Part shown: positions 37,267-46,746 of the stretch, in pieces
How the letters are laid out: the number at the start of each line of letters is the position of its first letter
How positions within the stretch are numbered: position 1 is the first letter of the stretch
Origin: Candidatus Zixiibacteriota bacterium
GTDB taxonomy: Bacteria > Zixibacteria > MSB-5A5 > GN15 > FEB-12
Assembly (NCBI GenBank): GCA_040752815.1
Contig: JBFMGC010000003.1
Span: 15,706-79,705 of the forward strand
Length of the DNA stretch: 64,000 nt
Direction: 5' to 3'
Made by a program: the position numbers and the translations under genes
Notes under the pieces: model-generated
Database searches by the model: none
What the model saw: the letters and a program-made list of their open reading frames with translations, nothing else
What the model was told of the DNA's origin: nothing

Positions 37267-37449
37267 GACCTCCGCACCGGCGCTGCGCTTTCAAAAACCT
37301 TGTCCGCGCCGACCTGGACCACCTATCTTCAGTTGGGCAGTCCACTTTTGCGTGGGCACTCGATATGCGGCGCAGTGCCGTTGAAATGCAGGAAACCTTT
37401 GCTCCTGCCGACGTTACAAAAGTAGGACTACCGGCCCAAAGGAACCTTG

Positions 37450-38958
37450 ATGGCAGCAACCAAGACAGTCGGCGTGATCGACATTCGCGAAATCTTGGCC
37501 ATGGTCTGGCGCCGCAAGTGGCTGGTGATCATTCCGGCCCCTTTGGTGGCCGCGCTCACTTTTGCCAGTTCCTATCTTCTGACGCCTAAATACGGTTGCT
37601 CAACCATTATAGCCATCGATCCCCAGGTCCAGCTTATTGCCGACCTGCAACGTATGCTCAGCGAACCGGCCAGCTATACCGCGATGCAGAGCCGGGACCG
37701 CTCCAATGTCCTCAACAGCATCTACAACGAACTTACCTCCAGCCACTACGCGGAGCTGCTCGCGGAGCGCATGAAAATGCCCCGTCAGGCGTATATCGAC
37801 GAGCGTGCGGCCACCTATGTCCAGATGCAGGGAAGCCTGACCATGGAGCGCGCCCGCCTGATGGTGCTGCAGGATATGCTCAAGGAATCGGTCGAGCTGG
37901 GGTGGGCATCCGGTGATCAAATCCGGATCATGGTCCTCTCCCCCCACCCGGTGGAAGCCCGCGACCTGGCCAACCATCTCGGTGACATCTTTATCGCCGA
38001 AAAAATGCGCCAGGACCTGATGGACATACGCTCATCGCAGGATTTCTCGGACGTGCAACTCGAAAAGTACGAGCGCCAGGTCAGCGACAAAGTAGCTGAA
38101 ATTACAAGGGTCGAGCAGCGGCTCGCCCGGCTTCGCAGCGCCGACGCCACTACTTCCGAGAGCAACCGCTCCGAGATCGAGGACGAAATCAACCAGACAG
38201 AGAGCGAAATCGACGATCTTCGCGCTCAGGAACGTACCGTGCTGGGCCGTTTGCGCGGGATCGACGGCGTCAATGTCAACCAACTTTCACTTACCGAGAC
38301 GGATGCCGCCCGCGAGGCGCGCGACGAACTTGGCAGCCGCCTGAAGGAGATCGGCGACCTGCTTTCACGGTACACCTGGAACAACCCCCAGGTGATCAAC
38401 TTCAAGCTGCGCCAAAACCATCTTTTAGAGACAATCGAACGCGAAAACCGGGCGCAGGTAAACGCTCAATACGCCCAGCACCAGCAGAGTGTCCGCGACG
38501 ATCTGGTCGCCCTGTTCAACGCCCGGTCCACGCTGGACTATCTATACTCCAAGAAGCCTTATCTCGAGTCTACGCTGAGCGACCTGGCCCCGTCCACCGA
38601 CCTGATTCCCGAATACGAGGCGCAACTGGCCCAACTGCAGCGTGAGCTGCAGGTAGCCACCGATATCCGCGACCGTTTTCGCCGCCAGCAGGAGAGCTCC
38701 ACTATCTCGCAGGCGCTCTTGGAAGATCGATCATCGAGCAAGTATCGGAAGGTCGAACCGGCCAAGCTGCCGATGAAACCGATGAGCCCGAACCGGACCA
38801 AGATCATGGCGATGGGGATACTGCTCGGCCTCGTTATCGGCGGCGGGGCGGTCCTGGTCGCAGAACTTATGGACAGTTCCTTCAAGAAAGTTCAGGATGT
38901 CGAGGAAGTGCTTGGCCTGCGCGTAATCGGCATCAGCCCCAAGATCGATTTCAGGTAG
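37450..38958 (+). CDS. Wzz/GumC-type polysaccharide chain-length determinant (PCP) protein
   Basis: It has an N-terminal TM after IREILAMVWRRKWLVII, a long coiled-coil periplasmic region, and a C-terminal TM (IMAMGILLGLVIGGGAVLVAELMD). At about 500 aa it has no kinase domain, like the PEP-CTERM-locus subfamily. Confidence 0.8.
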   Translation: MAATKTVGVIDIREILAMVWRRKWLVIIPAPLVAALTFASSYLLTPKYGCSTIIAIDPQVQLIADLQRMLSEPASYTAMQSRDRSNVLNSIYNELTSSHYAELLAERMKMPRQAYIDERAATYVQMQGSLTMERARLMVLQDMLKESVELGWASGDQIRIMVLSPHPVEARDLANHLGDIFIAEKMRQDLMDIRSSQDFSDVQLEKYERQVSDKVAEITRVEQRLARLRSADATTSESNRSEIEDEINQTESEIDDLRAQERTVLGRLRGIDGVNVNQLSLTETDAAREARDELGSRLKEIGDLLSRYTWNNPQVINFKLRQNHLLETIERENRAQVNAQYAQHQQSVRDDLVALFNARSTLDYLYSKKPYLESTLSDLAPSTDLIPEYEAQLAQLQRELQVATDIRDRFRRQQESSTISQALLEDRSSSKYRKVEPAKLPMKPMSPNRTKIMAMGILLGLVIGGGAVLVAELMDSSFKKVQDVEEVLGLRVIGISPKIDFR

Positions 38959-38979
38959 TACTCCGGAATAGTCCGATGA

Positions 38980-39405
38980 TTACTTCGAGCGGGAAACCGG
39001 CTTAAGTGCCGCTGTCGTTTCCGGCTCTATTCCGTCGGCCACCCAGGCAATCGCGCGCTCTTCCCAGCCAGGGTACCTGGAGGCGTCGATTACTCGATCC
39101 TGGCAGGTGGGCGACGAGCTGTAGTGCATCTGCAAAACCTGCCCCTTGGTAACCGGAGAGTCCAGAATGAAAGCGACTCTCTGGCATATGGTTTCCCAGA
39201 CCGCCATGTGGAGGTCGTGGAACTTCACGAGCTTTTCCGGCGATGGCGGAACCATCTTGCGGCTGTCAATCACCAGAGAAAACGGGCGGTCACAGTTCTT
39301 CAGGGCCGTTAGAAGGTCTCGCGACAGATGCCCGATTTCCTCGGCGGTAAAAGACCCCGACGACGTCACCCGGAATCCGTAGTAGGCCGGTTCTATTCTG
39401 TACAT
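38980..39405 (-). CDS. hypothetical protein (possibly STAS/SpoIIAA-like fold)
   Basis: The 141-aa ORF is convergent with the chain-length determinant. I recognise no motif confidently. Confidence 0.35.
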   Translation of the reverse strand: MYRIEPAYYGFRVTSSGSFTAEEIGHLSRDLLTALKNCDRPFSLVIDSRKMVPPSPEKLVKFHDLHMAVWETICQRVAFILDSPVTKGQVLQMHYSSSPTCQDRVIDASRYPGWEERAIAWVADGIEPETTAALKPVSRSK

Positions 39406-39749
39406 ATCAATTCGCCCGTAATTGGGACAATTCGACTCTGGTAATATCGGCAGGAAGAGGGGCTTTCTGAACTGCCGCCAGTGGGCACAGACTCATGCTC
39501 CTCAGTGCTTGGTGCACCTCTCTTTCCAAATGGTTGGCAAACGTCCTCTTCTTTTAGTGGTTGGCGTACCTCCCGGTGCGCCAAACCTTGGCAATCGGCC
39601 TTACAACGTCTTCATCTGCATCTGACTTAACCGTTTGCGCCGAAACCCGCCGCCCACTATACTCCCCCGGTTGCCGAGCCGAGGTTGCGGTCATTGAAAG
39701 CCGCTCCGCCCGGCGCGAATAACCGCGACTCGACCAGCAAGGGACCTGC

Positions 39750-41789
39750 TTGTACCAACGCGTTCTCATTCTTGTAGCCGACGGCGCCAGGGATGACCTC
39801 ATGCGGCGGCTAATCGCCGAGGGCTGCCTGCCCAATCTCAAAAAACATGTGGTCGATCGCGGCTGCTACCGGACCGCGCTGACTGTATACCCCTCCACCA
39901 CCGGCCCGGCCCATATCCCTTTCGTCTGCGGCCTTCACCCGGGAAGCGCCAATATCCCCGGCTATCGCTGGCTCGACCGCTTCGAACACGACCGCAAGCG
40001 CCGCTCGATTCACCGCCACCGCAGCCTGAACAGCCCGCGCGGCCTGATGGTCGGCCGGGACATGAATCCCGCTCGGGCGATATCGCTCTACGAGTATTTC
40101 GAAAACCCAAGCTCTGTGCTGGAACTGATCGATTACTGCCCCAACCAGCACCTGTACAAAATCATCGCCCGCCGACTGTTCCGTATCGTGCAGGCGCATC
40201 ATCTCGACGACTGGTCACGGGTCGACAAGATGGTTGAGCAAGTGGTCATTAAGCGGATTCGCGCCGGCAGCCGCTGCATAATCGGGAGCTTCTTTGGGAT
40301 CGACGAGTATTCCCACCTGCATGAACCTTTCGATCAGCGCACGATCGGCGCGTATCTCAATATCGATCGCGCTGTGGGCGAGATCGCCGAAGTTATGATC
40401 TCCGAGGGTGTGTACCACGAGACGATTATCGCCATCGTTTCCGATCACGGTTTGAGTGCTACATCGGTGCACATTCCGCTGGTCGACATCACCAAGCAGC
40501 ACGGTTTCAACCCGTACTGCTATCCGAAACTGTATCGCCGTAGTTGTGACTCGGCCGTGTGCGAGAGCGGCAACGCCATGGCGCAAATCTATTTCCGTCG
40601 AGGCGAAAAGTGGGGGTCGCACTGGAACTGGGAAGAACTGCGGCTAGACCCACGATGCAGCTCGCTGATCGACGATCTTGTCAGACGCGACGGTGTCACG
40701 TTTGTGGCCGCGCGTGACGGAGTCGACAGAATCGTGTTTATCGGTCGGAGCGGCACACTGTGCGCCAGTAGAAATGGTGATATATACAGTGTAACCGTTG
40801 ACGGTACGGATCCGCTGGGCGGGCATCCTGTCGGACGGTTCACACGCGACGAGCTGTTTCACCTGACATACGATTTCACCTACCCGGACGCTGTTAACCA
40901 ACTATTCATGCTGTTTAGCGCGTCGAGGAGCGGGGATATCGCAATAAACGCCGAGCCTGGGTTCGATCTGCGCCTACAGTACGAAGATCCCGAGCATCAC
41001 GCGTCGCACGGCTCGCTGCACAAAGTCCACATGCAGGTACCGCTGATGATCTCGGTGCCGCTTGTCGAAGAGCACGTCGCTAATTGCGACCTGGTGCCGA
41101 CCATTCTTCACCTCACCGGCAAGAAGCCACGAAAGCCAACCGACGGGCGTCTCCTGAGTGTCGCAGTTGAAGCCGCTCCGGAGTCTGCTGAGCTCAAACC
41201 GAGCGTGCATAAGAAGACCAACAATCTCGGATCTATACTCGCGACTACGTTTATCATTGTTGCAGGCATAGTTCTCAGCGCCATTTTCAACAAAGACATC
41301 ACCCGCGTAGGCGAGTACCTGCTTTCTACTTATGGCCAAAACTGGGTAGACGGAATTCTCTTCTTGTTGACCGCGGTTAGCAGTACGCCACTCGTACTGC
41401 CTATCTGGGCCTACGCTATGATCGGGGTGGCCCTCGGTTACGGGGTGATTCATCTGGCGATCGTCATGGCGCTCGGTTCGGCGACCGGCTCGCTGGTCAG
41501 CTTGTTAATCGGAAAATACTTCGGCGAAACCGCCTGGATGAAGCGGCGCTTCCCGGAAATACACAGGCACCCGTGGACCTACGGCCGCTCGAAATGGTAT
41601 GTCACGCTGATGCTGTTTCTGGGAACCGCGTCACCGCTCCCGTGCGACGTCTTCTATGTCGCTTGCGGCGTCAAGCGCTACCCAGCGGCACTTTTTTGGG
41701 TAACCATGGTGGCGGCGAGGTTTGTCCGCTACTGCTACCTCGGCCTCGCTTTCAAATACGCCCCGGAGCTGTTTCAGAAGATGATATAG
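39750..41789 (+). CDS. fusion: type I phosphodiesterase/nucleotide pyrophosphatase (alkaline-phosphatase superfamily) + C-terminal DedA/VTT-like membrane domain
   Basis: The N-terminus RVLILVADGARDD and the metal-site AIVSDHGLS are typical of the AP superfamily. The last ~200 aa are polytopic with a VTT-like G-rich segment (ALGSATGSLVSLLIGKYFG). The start is TTG, with an in-frame stop at 39720. Confidence 0.6.
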   Translation: MYQRVLILVADGARDDLMRRLIAEGCLPNLKKHVVDRGCYRTALTVYPSTTGPAHIPFVCGLHPGSANIPGYRWLDRFEHDRKRRSIHRHRSLNSPRGLMVGRDMNPARAISLYEYFENPSSVLELIDYCPNQHLYKIIARRLFRIVQAHHLDDWSRVDKMVEQVVIKRIRAGSRCIIGSFFGIDEYSHLHEPFDQRTIGAYLNIDRAVGEIAEVMISEGVYHETIIAIVSDHGLSATSVHIPLVDITKQHGFNPYCYPKLYRRSCDSAVCESGNAMAQIYFRRGEKWGSHWNWEELRLDPRCSSLIDDLVRRDGVTFVAARDGVDRIVFIGRSGTLCASRNGDIYSVTVDGTDPLGGHPVGRFTRDELFHLTYDFTYPDAVNQLFMLFSASRSGDIAINAEPGFDLRLQYEDPEHHASHGSLHKVHMQVPLMISVPLVEEHVANCDLVPTILHLTGKKPRKPTDGRLLSVAVEAAPESAELKPSVHKKTNNLGSILATTFIIVAGIVLSAIFNKDITRVGEYLLSTYGQNWVDGILFLLTAVSSTPLVLPIWAYAMIGVALGYGVIHLAIVMALGSATGSLVSLLIGKYFGETAWMKRRFPEIHRHPWTYGRSKWYVTLMLFLGTASPLPCDVFYVACGVKRYPAALFWVTMVAARFVRYCYLGLAFKYAPELFQKMI

Positions 41790-42176
41790 TAGGTCGGAAT
41801 CTGCCATGGGCGGACGGTCCGAGGTTGTCTCAAACCCTCGATCTGTTGCGTCCGGTCTTGCTTCGGGTCCGGCTCGCTCCGCGGGTCGGGATCGAAGTGT
41901 GACCTGACCCCGTTGATCCGGAGCGGCTTAGGCGCGTCAGTTCACACCCCATTTGCTTTGTTGAACGGTCAAGGCAAATGGGGCAAAAACTGACGCAACA
42001 CTGTTGGCGACTTTGCGGTCGGCAAGGCTATCCACCGCGTGCAAGGGCCAAATTAGCGCCCGCAGTCTATAAAGCTGCTGTCCGGACGCTGAACTTGTCG
42101 AGATGGCGCCACGCGAAAATGAATCCTTAGCTAACATTCTGTTTCACAACCAATTAGAAGACTTTTCAAAAAAACC

Positions 42177-42206
42177 TTGACTCGCCCGGGAACTTTCCCA
42201 TATAAT
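42177..42206 (+). promoter_or_regulatory. sigma-70-type promoter candidate for the TetR/efflux operon
   Basis: TTGACT (42177..42182), an 18-nt spacer, then TATAAT (42201..42206), about 35 nt upstream of ATG 42241. Confidence 0.45.
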
Positions 42207-42241
42207 TAACCGTATAGTTAGTTAAAATGAATGGTTAGTTA
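42207..42241 (+). promoter_or_regulatory. candidate TetR operator
   Basis: Direct repeat GTTAGTTA occurs at 42217..42224 and 42234..42241. An imperfect inverted repeat (TAACCGTAT ... AATGGTTA) lies between the -10 box and the start codon. Confidence 0.3.
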
Positions 42242-42888
42242 TGAACAGACACGAAACCTCACCGGAATCAAAACCCTTGGCCGCCGAGGATCAACCCACT
42301 CGCGGCAGAATCGTCGCTGCGGCCCTCCACGAGTTCGCTGTCCACGGCAGGGAAGGAGCTCGAATCGACCGTATCGCTCAAACTGCCGGAGTCAACAAGG
42401 CGATGATCTACTACCACTTCCGCTCCAAGGATCAACTCTACATCGATGTAGTAGTGTCGTTCGCGCGGGCCATGTTCCAGCAGATACGTGGGCCAGTGTT
42501 TGAAACCTCTGAGTTGTCCAGAGCACTTGAAATCATGGCCGAGCGTCATGTCGAAGCCTTCCTCGATGCCGGTCCGATTCGCCCCATCATTCTCAGGGAA
42601 TTGGCCAACCCCACGCCCGAAGTAATGGACTCTATCGCGGATGTGCTTACCTCAACGGGTCTGCCTCAAAAGATAATGACCCTGATTGAGCAGGGCGAGA
42701 AGGACGGGCGCTTCCGACCTATAGACATCCGCCAGGCAATCGTCGCGTTTGTCAGCATGAGCATTGGTTATTTCATCATCGCCCCGATACAGGACCGCGC
42801 TCTGGGTATCACCGATCGCGCTTCGTTTGTTCGGGAGCGACAGAAGGTAATCGTCGACCTCTTCCTGAATGGGCTGAAAGTGAGATGA
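42241..42888 (+). CDS. TetR/AcrR-family transcriptional regulator
   Basis: The N-terminal HTH RGRIVAAALHEFAVHGREGARIDRIAQTAGVNKAMIYYHFRSKDQLY is a classic TetR_N. Confidence 0.9.
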   Translation: MNRHETSPESKPLAAEDQPTRGRIVAAALHEFAVHGREGARIDRIAQTAGVNKAMIYYHFRSKDQLYIDVVVSFARAMFQQIRGPVFETSELSRALEIMAERHVEAFLDAGPIRPIILRELANPTPEVMDSIADVLTSTGLPQKIMTLIEQGEKDGRFRPIDIRQAIVAFVSMSIGYFIIAPIQDRALGITDRASFVRERQKVIVDLFLNGLKVR

Positions 42889-44189
42889 GCATGAAATACG
42901 TTATCATGGCGGCAGTCGTCGTGCTGTCAACGAGCGTGACCGCGCGTGAACTGACCCTGGAGCAGGCGCTACAACTGGCGCACGAACACTCGCACACGCT
43001 GAGAGAAGCCGAGGCCAATCGTCTGGCCGCGGAGAAACTGGTATCGGCGGCGCAGGCGGAGCGCTTTCCCACACTATCAGTGGATGCACTGGCGAAATTT
43101 GTCGACGAGGTGCCGTCGCTCAATATTGACCTTGCCGCACAAGTCGACATAGCGCGCGAATTCGGTTCCAAAGAGACCTATCAGACCGACCTCCGCCTGA
43201 CCCTGCCGCTCTACACCGGCGGGCGGATAAGCTCGGCGATTGCGCTGGCCCGTTCGGGCAGCGAATATCGCGCCGCCTTGAACGACCTCGAGCGCGACCG
43301 GGTGTTCCTGCAGGCCCGGCTCGACTATTTTAGTCTGACCCGGTCGGCTGAGCTTTTGCGCGCAGCGAGGGCGTCGCTTCGGCGCACGTCTGTGCTTCAG
43401 GACAACATCCTCTCGCTCTACAGCGCCGGAGCGGCCGATTCGGTCGATCTGCTCGAGGCTCGCCTGGCCTACACGAGAGCCGACTTCCAGGTGCAGCAGG
43501 CCGAGATCAGCTCGCAGTCTCAGAGAATCACTCTCGTTTCCCGGCTGGGGCTGCCCGCGCAGGAGCAGATCGAGTTGACCGATCCGATTCCCGACCCACC
43601 GCAGGAACTGCCCCTGGTCGCGGTTTCTACAGAGCGGCCGGAGCTGAGAGCCGCGGTCGCCGGCATTCGCGCCGGTGAGGCGCGGGTCAGAAGTGAGAAA
43701 GCCGGATACCTGCCTACTCTGGCGGCGTTCGGAGGCTACTCCTACGGCAAGCCGAATATCGATCCCTTTACCAACCAGTGGAACGACAACTTCACGGTCG
43801 GCGCCAAACTGCAGTGGTCGCTGAACCTGGGCGGCGGGACCTCGTCGAAAAAAGCGGCCGCATCGTTTGAGCTCGACGCCGCCCGTCGCCGTCATGACAA
43901 CACGGCCGAGTCGATTAGCCGCGAAACGGAACTGGCCTACGAGCAGCTTCGGCTGGCGCACCGTCGCTATTTCAGCTCTCGCACCGAGTGGGATGTGGCG
44001 GCGGCCAACTATGATCTGGCGCAGCAGCAACATCAGAACGGCGCGCTGTCATCGAATCGACTGCTGGAGATAGAGGCCGTCCTGTCACACGCGGAAGCCT
44101 CGCTGGCCGCCGCCAGGGTTGATTTCTACATAGCGCAAAGCGCCTATTACTTCGCTCTCGCTGATGAAAGACTGGGAAAGGGTCTATAG
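42885..44189 (+). CDS. TolC-family outer-membrane efflux protein
   Basis: It has a signal peptide, then LTLEQALQLAHEHSHTLREAEA, and two repeated halves with coiled-coil segments. ATGA overlaps the TetR stop. Confidence 0.85.
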   Translation: MSMKYVIMAAVVVLSTSVTARELTLEQALQLAHEHSHTLREAEANRLAAEKLVSAAQAERFPTLSVDALAKFVDEVPSLNIDLAAQVDIAREFGSKETYQTDLRLTLPLYTGGRISSAIALARSGSEYRAALNDLERDRVFLQARLDYFSLTRSAELLRAARASLRRTSVLQDNILSLYSAGAADSVDLLEARLAYTRADFQVQQAEISSQSQRITLVSRLGLPAQEQIELTDPIPDPPQELPLVAVSTERPELRAAVAGIRAGEARVRSEKAGYLPTLAAFGGYSYGKPNIDPFTNQWNDNFTVGAKLQWSLNLGGGTSSKKAAASFELDAARRRHDNTAESISRETELAYEQLRLAHRRYFSSRTEWDVAAANYDLAQQQHQNGALSSNRLLEIEAVLSHAEASLAAARVDFYIAQSAYYFALADERLGKGL

Positions 44190-45071
44190 ATGAAAAGAAT
44201 CATGTCAATCGTAATGCCGGCGATGCTTCTGCTGGCCGGCTGCGGCAATGACACCGACCTGATCGGCGGCTCCGGTTTGATCGAGACCACCGAATCCGTC
44301 ATCTCCGCAGAAACCGCCGGCCGCGTGGTGCAGCATCGCTTTGACGAAGGCACCGAGGTAAGCGCCGGTGACACGCTGCTCGTGATCGATCCAAGCAATC
44401 TCGAACTGGAGCTGGTCTCGGCCCGCGCGGGGCTGGACGTTATCAAGGCGCAACTGGCAACCGTGCGCCTTCAGGTCAAACAGGCTGCAACCAGCGAGGA
44501 GTTTGTCCGCGCGGAATTCGAACGAGTAGACCGGCTGATGAAAGCCGGCACCGCGACCAAGAAGCAGTTCGACCAGGCCGAGTTTGAGCTTAATCAAGCC
44601 ACGCTCGCACACCAGAGCGCCGAGGCTCAGGTCCGAACTCTGCAGGCCAATCTATCCAAAGCGGAAAGCGATATCGCCCGGCTCGAACGCAGGCGGGTCG
44701 ACTGCTACCCCGTGTCACCGGTGAGCGGTGTCGTGACCGAGAAGTTCATCGAGCCGGGGGAATTCCTCGCGCCGGGCAAGCCGATCGTGCGCGTTTCGCG
44801 GCTGGATACCGTTACGGTCAAGGTGTACCTCTCGACCGCGGATTTCGCCGGGGTAAAGCTCGGCGACGCGGCCGTAGTCAGCACCGAGAGCGGGGGGCAG
44901 GAATTCCGCGGCACGGTGGTGTGGACTTCCGATCAGGCCGAATTCACCCCTAAGAATGTCCAGACCGAGCAGGCCCGCGCCGACCTGGTGTACGCCGTCA
45001 AAGTGTCTGTACCGAATCCGGACAGGAACCTGAAGGTCGCCATGCCGGTTTTTGTCAGGCTGGAGAAGTAA
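44190..45071 (+). CDS. HlyD-family membrane-fusion (periplasmic adaptor) protein
   Basis: It has a lipobox-like N-terminus (LLLAGCG) and a coiled-coil hairpin. The beta-barrel end motif VYAVKVSVPNPDRNLKVAMPVFVRL is YbhG-like. Confidence 0.85.
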   Translation: MKRIMSIVMPAMLLLAGCGNDTDLIGGSGLIETTESVISAETAGRVVQHRFDEGTEVSAGDTLLVIDPSNLELELVSARAGLDVIKAQLATVRLQVKQAATSEEFVRAEFERVDRLMKAGTATKKQFDQAEFELNQATLAHQSAEAQVRTLQANLSKAESDIARLERRRVDCYPVSPVSGVVTEKFIEPGEFLAPGKPIVRVSRLDTVTVKVYLSTADFAGVKLGDAAVVSTESGGQEFRGTVVWTSDQAEFTPKNVQTEQARADLVYAVKVSVPNPDRNLKVAMPVFVRLEK

Positions 45072-45985
45072 TGTCATTCCTGATAGCCGACAGACTGGTC
45101 AAGAATTACGGCACGCTGGTCGCGCTCGATAGTTTTTCGCTCGAGGTCGCTCCGGGAACGATATTCGCCCTGGTCGGACCCGACGGCGCCGGCAAGACCA
45201 CGATGATGCGGATTCTCTGCCGCCTGCTGGATCCGGACAGCGGAATGATTACGATCGCCGGGCGCGACGCGGCGAAAGAGTATGAGGCCATCAAGCCGAT
45301 TCTCGGCTACATGCCGCAGCAGTTTTCACTCTATCCCGACCTTTCGATCGAGGAGAACCTGACGTTCTACGCCGGTTTGTACGGCATCACCGGGCAGGCG
45401 TTTCGCGAGAAGCGCGAGCAGCTCTATGAGTTCTCCAACCTCAAGCCGTTTTCCGGCCGTCGCGCCGGAGCGCTCTCCGGCGGGATGAAGCAAAAGCTGG
45501 CGCTTTCCTGTGCGCTGATTCATGATCCGCGTTTGCTCATTCTCGATGAGCCGACTACCGGGGTCGACCCGCTCTCGCGCCGCCAGTTCTGGGAAATCCT
45601 GCTTCAGTTGAAAGCGGAGGGGGTGACGACTCTCGTCTCTACTCCGTACATGGATGAGGTCGCCCGGTGCGACCGCGCGGCGTTCATCTACAAGGGTCGG
45701 AAGCTGGCCGAGGATACCCCGGCAGGGCTGGCCGGCTCATTTACCGGACGGATCTACTATATCGATCACGAACCGACCACCGCGATTGTCCAGGCGATCA
45801 ACCGCCTGCCCGATCTGTCGGCCGCACGTTTCGGCGCCGGCCTTCATCTGTATCTCGATCAGGATGACAACATCGAGCGACACCTGGCGGCGCTGGCATC
45901 TCTCGGCGTGGCTGCCGAGCGAGTTACGCCGATTAAGGCTGAGCTCGAAGATCGATTCATACAACTGATGGAGACAGGCGCATGA
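45071..45985 (+). CDS. ABC transporter ATP-binding protein
   Basis: It has Walker A GPDGAGKTT, signature LSGGMKQKL and Walker B LLILDEP. Confidence 0.9.
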   Translation: MSFLIADRLVKNYGTLVALDSFSLEVAPGTIFALVGPDGAGKTTMMRILCRLLDPDSGMITIAGRDAAKEYEAIKPILGYMPQQFSLYPDLSIEENLTFYAGLYGITGQAFREKREQLYEFSNLKPFSGRRAGALSGGMKQKLALSCALIHDPRLLILDEPTTGVDPLSRRQFWEILLQLKAEGVTTLVSTPYMDEVARCDRAAFIYKGRKLAEDTPAGLAGSFTGRIYYIDHEPTTAIVQAINRLPDLSAARFGAGLHLYLDQDDNIERHLAALASLGVAAERVTPIKAELEDRFIQLMETGA

Positions 45986-46746
45986 ACCCAATTCAGGACA
46001 TCGGCCGGAAACACGCTGTCGAGGTCGATCACCTGAGCCGAACATTCGGTCATTTCACGGCTGTCGATCAGATTTCGCTTACCGTGAATTACGGCGAGAT
46101 TTTCGGTTTCCTCGGCGCCAACGGAGCCGGCAAGACGACCGCCATTCGTATGCTGTGCGGCCTGCTCATGCCCAGTTCGGGCAATGGACGGGTGGCCGGT
46201 TTCGATGTCTACCGCCAGCCGGAACTGATCAAGCCGAGTATCGGCTATATGTCACAAAGATTTTCACTTTATCCCGACCTGACCGGACGCGAGAACCTGG
46301 CGTTCTACGGCGCAGCGTACGGCCTCGGCAACGCGCAGTTGAGGCAGCGGATCGATGAAGTCACCGCGCAGTTGGAGCTGGGACAGTTTCTCGACGAACT
46401 CTCGAAAAGGCTGCCGGTCGGCTGGCGCCAGCGCCTGGCCCTGGCCGCGGCCATCCTGCACAAGCCGCGCATTTTGTTTCTCGACGAGCCCACCGGCGGG
46501 GTCGATCCGGTGTTCCGCCGCCGCTTCTGGGGACTGCTCTACGAACTGGCCGACTCGGGCGTAGCCATATTCGTCACCACTCACTACATGGACGAGGCCG
46601 AGTACTGCGGCCGGATTTCGATCATGCACCGGGGCAGAATTATCGAGCAGGGGCGTCCCTTCGACCTCAAGCAGAAACACGCCACCACGTCGCTGGACAA
46701 CCTGTTCGTCGATCTGATCCGCAGCCAGGAGGCCGTACGTGCATAG
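45982..46746 (+). CDS. ABC transporter ATP-binding protein (second)
   Basis: It has Walker A GANGAGKTT, a degenerate signature LPVGWRQRL and Walker B ILFLDEP. ATGA overlaps the upstream gene. Confidence 0.9.
   Translation: MNPIQDIGRKHAVEVDHLSRTFGHFTAVDQISLTVNYGEIFGFLGANGAGKTTAIRMLCGLLMPSSGNGRVAGFDVYRQPELIKPSIGYMSQRFSLYPDLTGRENLAFYGAAYGLGNAQLRQRIDEVTAQLELGQFLDELSKRLPVGWRQRLALAAAILHKPRILFLDEPTGGVDPVFRRRFWGLLYELADSGVAIFVTTHYMDEAEYCGRISIMHRGRIIEQGRPFDLKQKHATTSLDNLFVDLIRSQEAVRA

Noticed and set aside
43077-44033. 318-aa minus-strand ORF inside the TolC gene. Similar cases are 47521..48336, 27194..27937, 1797..2489, 14352..14915 and 3116..3784
   Set aside because: All are antisense shadow ORFs within well-supported genes. 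All have Arg/Gly/Pro-rich composition.
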